From positions 558,001 through 622,000 of the forward strand of contig NC_043019.1 in NCBI RefSeq assembly GCF_006345805.1: a DNA stretch of 64,000 bases, written 5' to 3'. The notes beneath the pieces were generated by a model, which made no database searches, had not been told where the DNA came from, and saw only the letters and a list, made by a program, of their open reading frames with translations. Made by a program: the position numbers and the translations under genes. This document shows positions 63,919 to 64,000 of the stretch, one piece after another; the stretch's first letter is position 1; every line of letters begins with the position of its first letter. The stretch comes from Octopus sinensis. Taxonomy: Eukaryota.

Positions 63919-64000
63919 TAAAACTTTGTACTTTCAATCCCAAACCTTGCGGAACATGTATGAAGCGATAGATTTGCATAGTAAGTAGAACCGCGGGTTT

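Overview
This is AT-rich eukaryotic DNA saturated with (TA)n, (CA)n, (AAT)n and (GATA)n microsatellites and three tRNA-derived SINE families, most consistent with an octopod cephalopod (inferred from repeat style, not proven). No intact protein-coding gene is supported, and almost all supplied ORFs are microsatellite or SINE translations. Recognisable elements are a frameshifted Neptune-type Penelope-like retroelement (PLE; RT plus GIY-YIG, 11440-16990) with a 1.46 kb inverted copy of its 3' end, a second Naiad-like PLE 3' fragment, RTE and CR1-group LINE tails, maT/mariner remnants, Merlin-like MITEs with (CCCTAA)n, Helitron-like fragments, and exon-like islands of a possible decayed minus-strand gene. 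The main find is a set of at least six distinct minimal type-I hammerhead ribozyme folds (about ten copies). One has a canonical core and the others carry core variants (U3-A8, C4, U6). All lie 20-175 nt upstream of a (TA)n tract, and several sit in tiny inverted-repeat-bounded units that look like MITEs but are probably non-autonomous PLE derivatives. All folds and translations were done by eye; coordinates of degenerate repeats are approximate.
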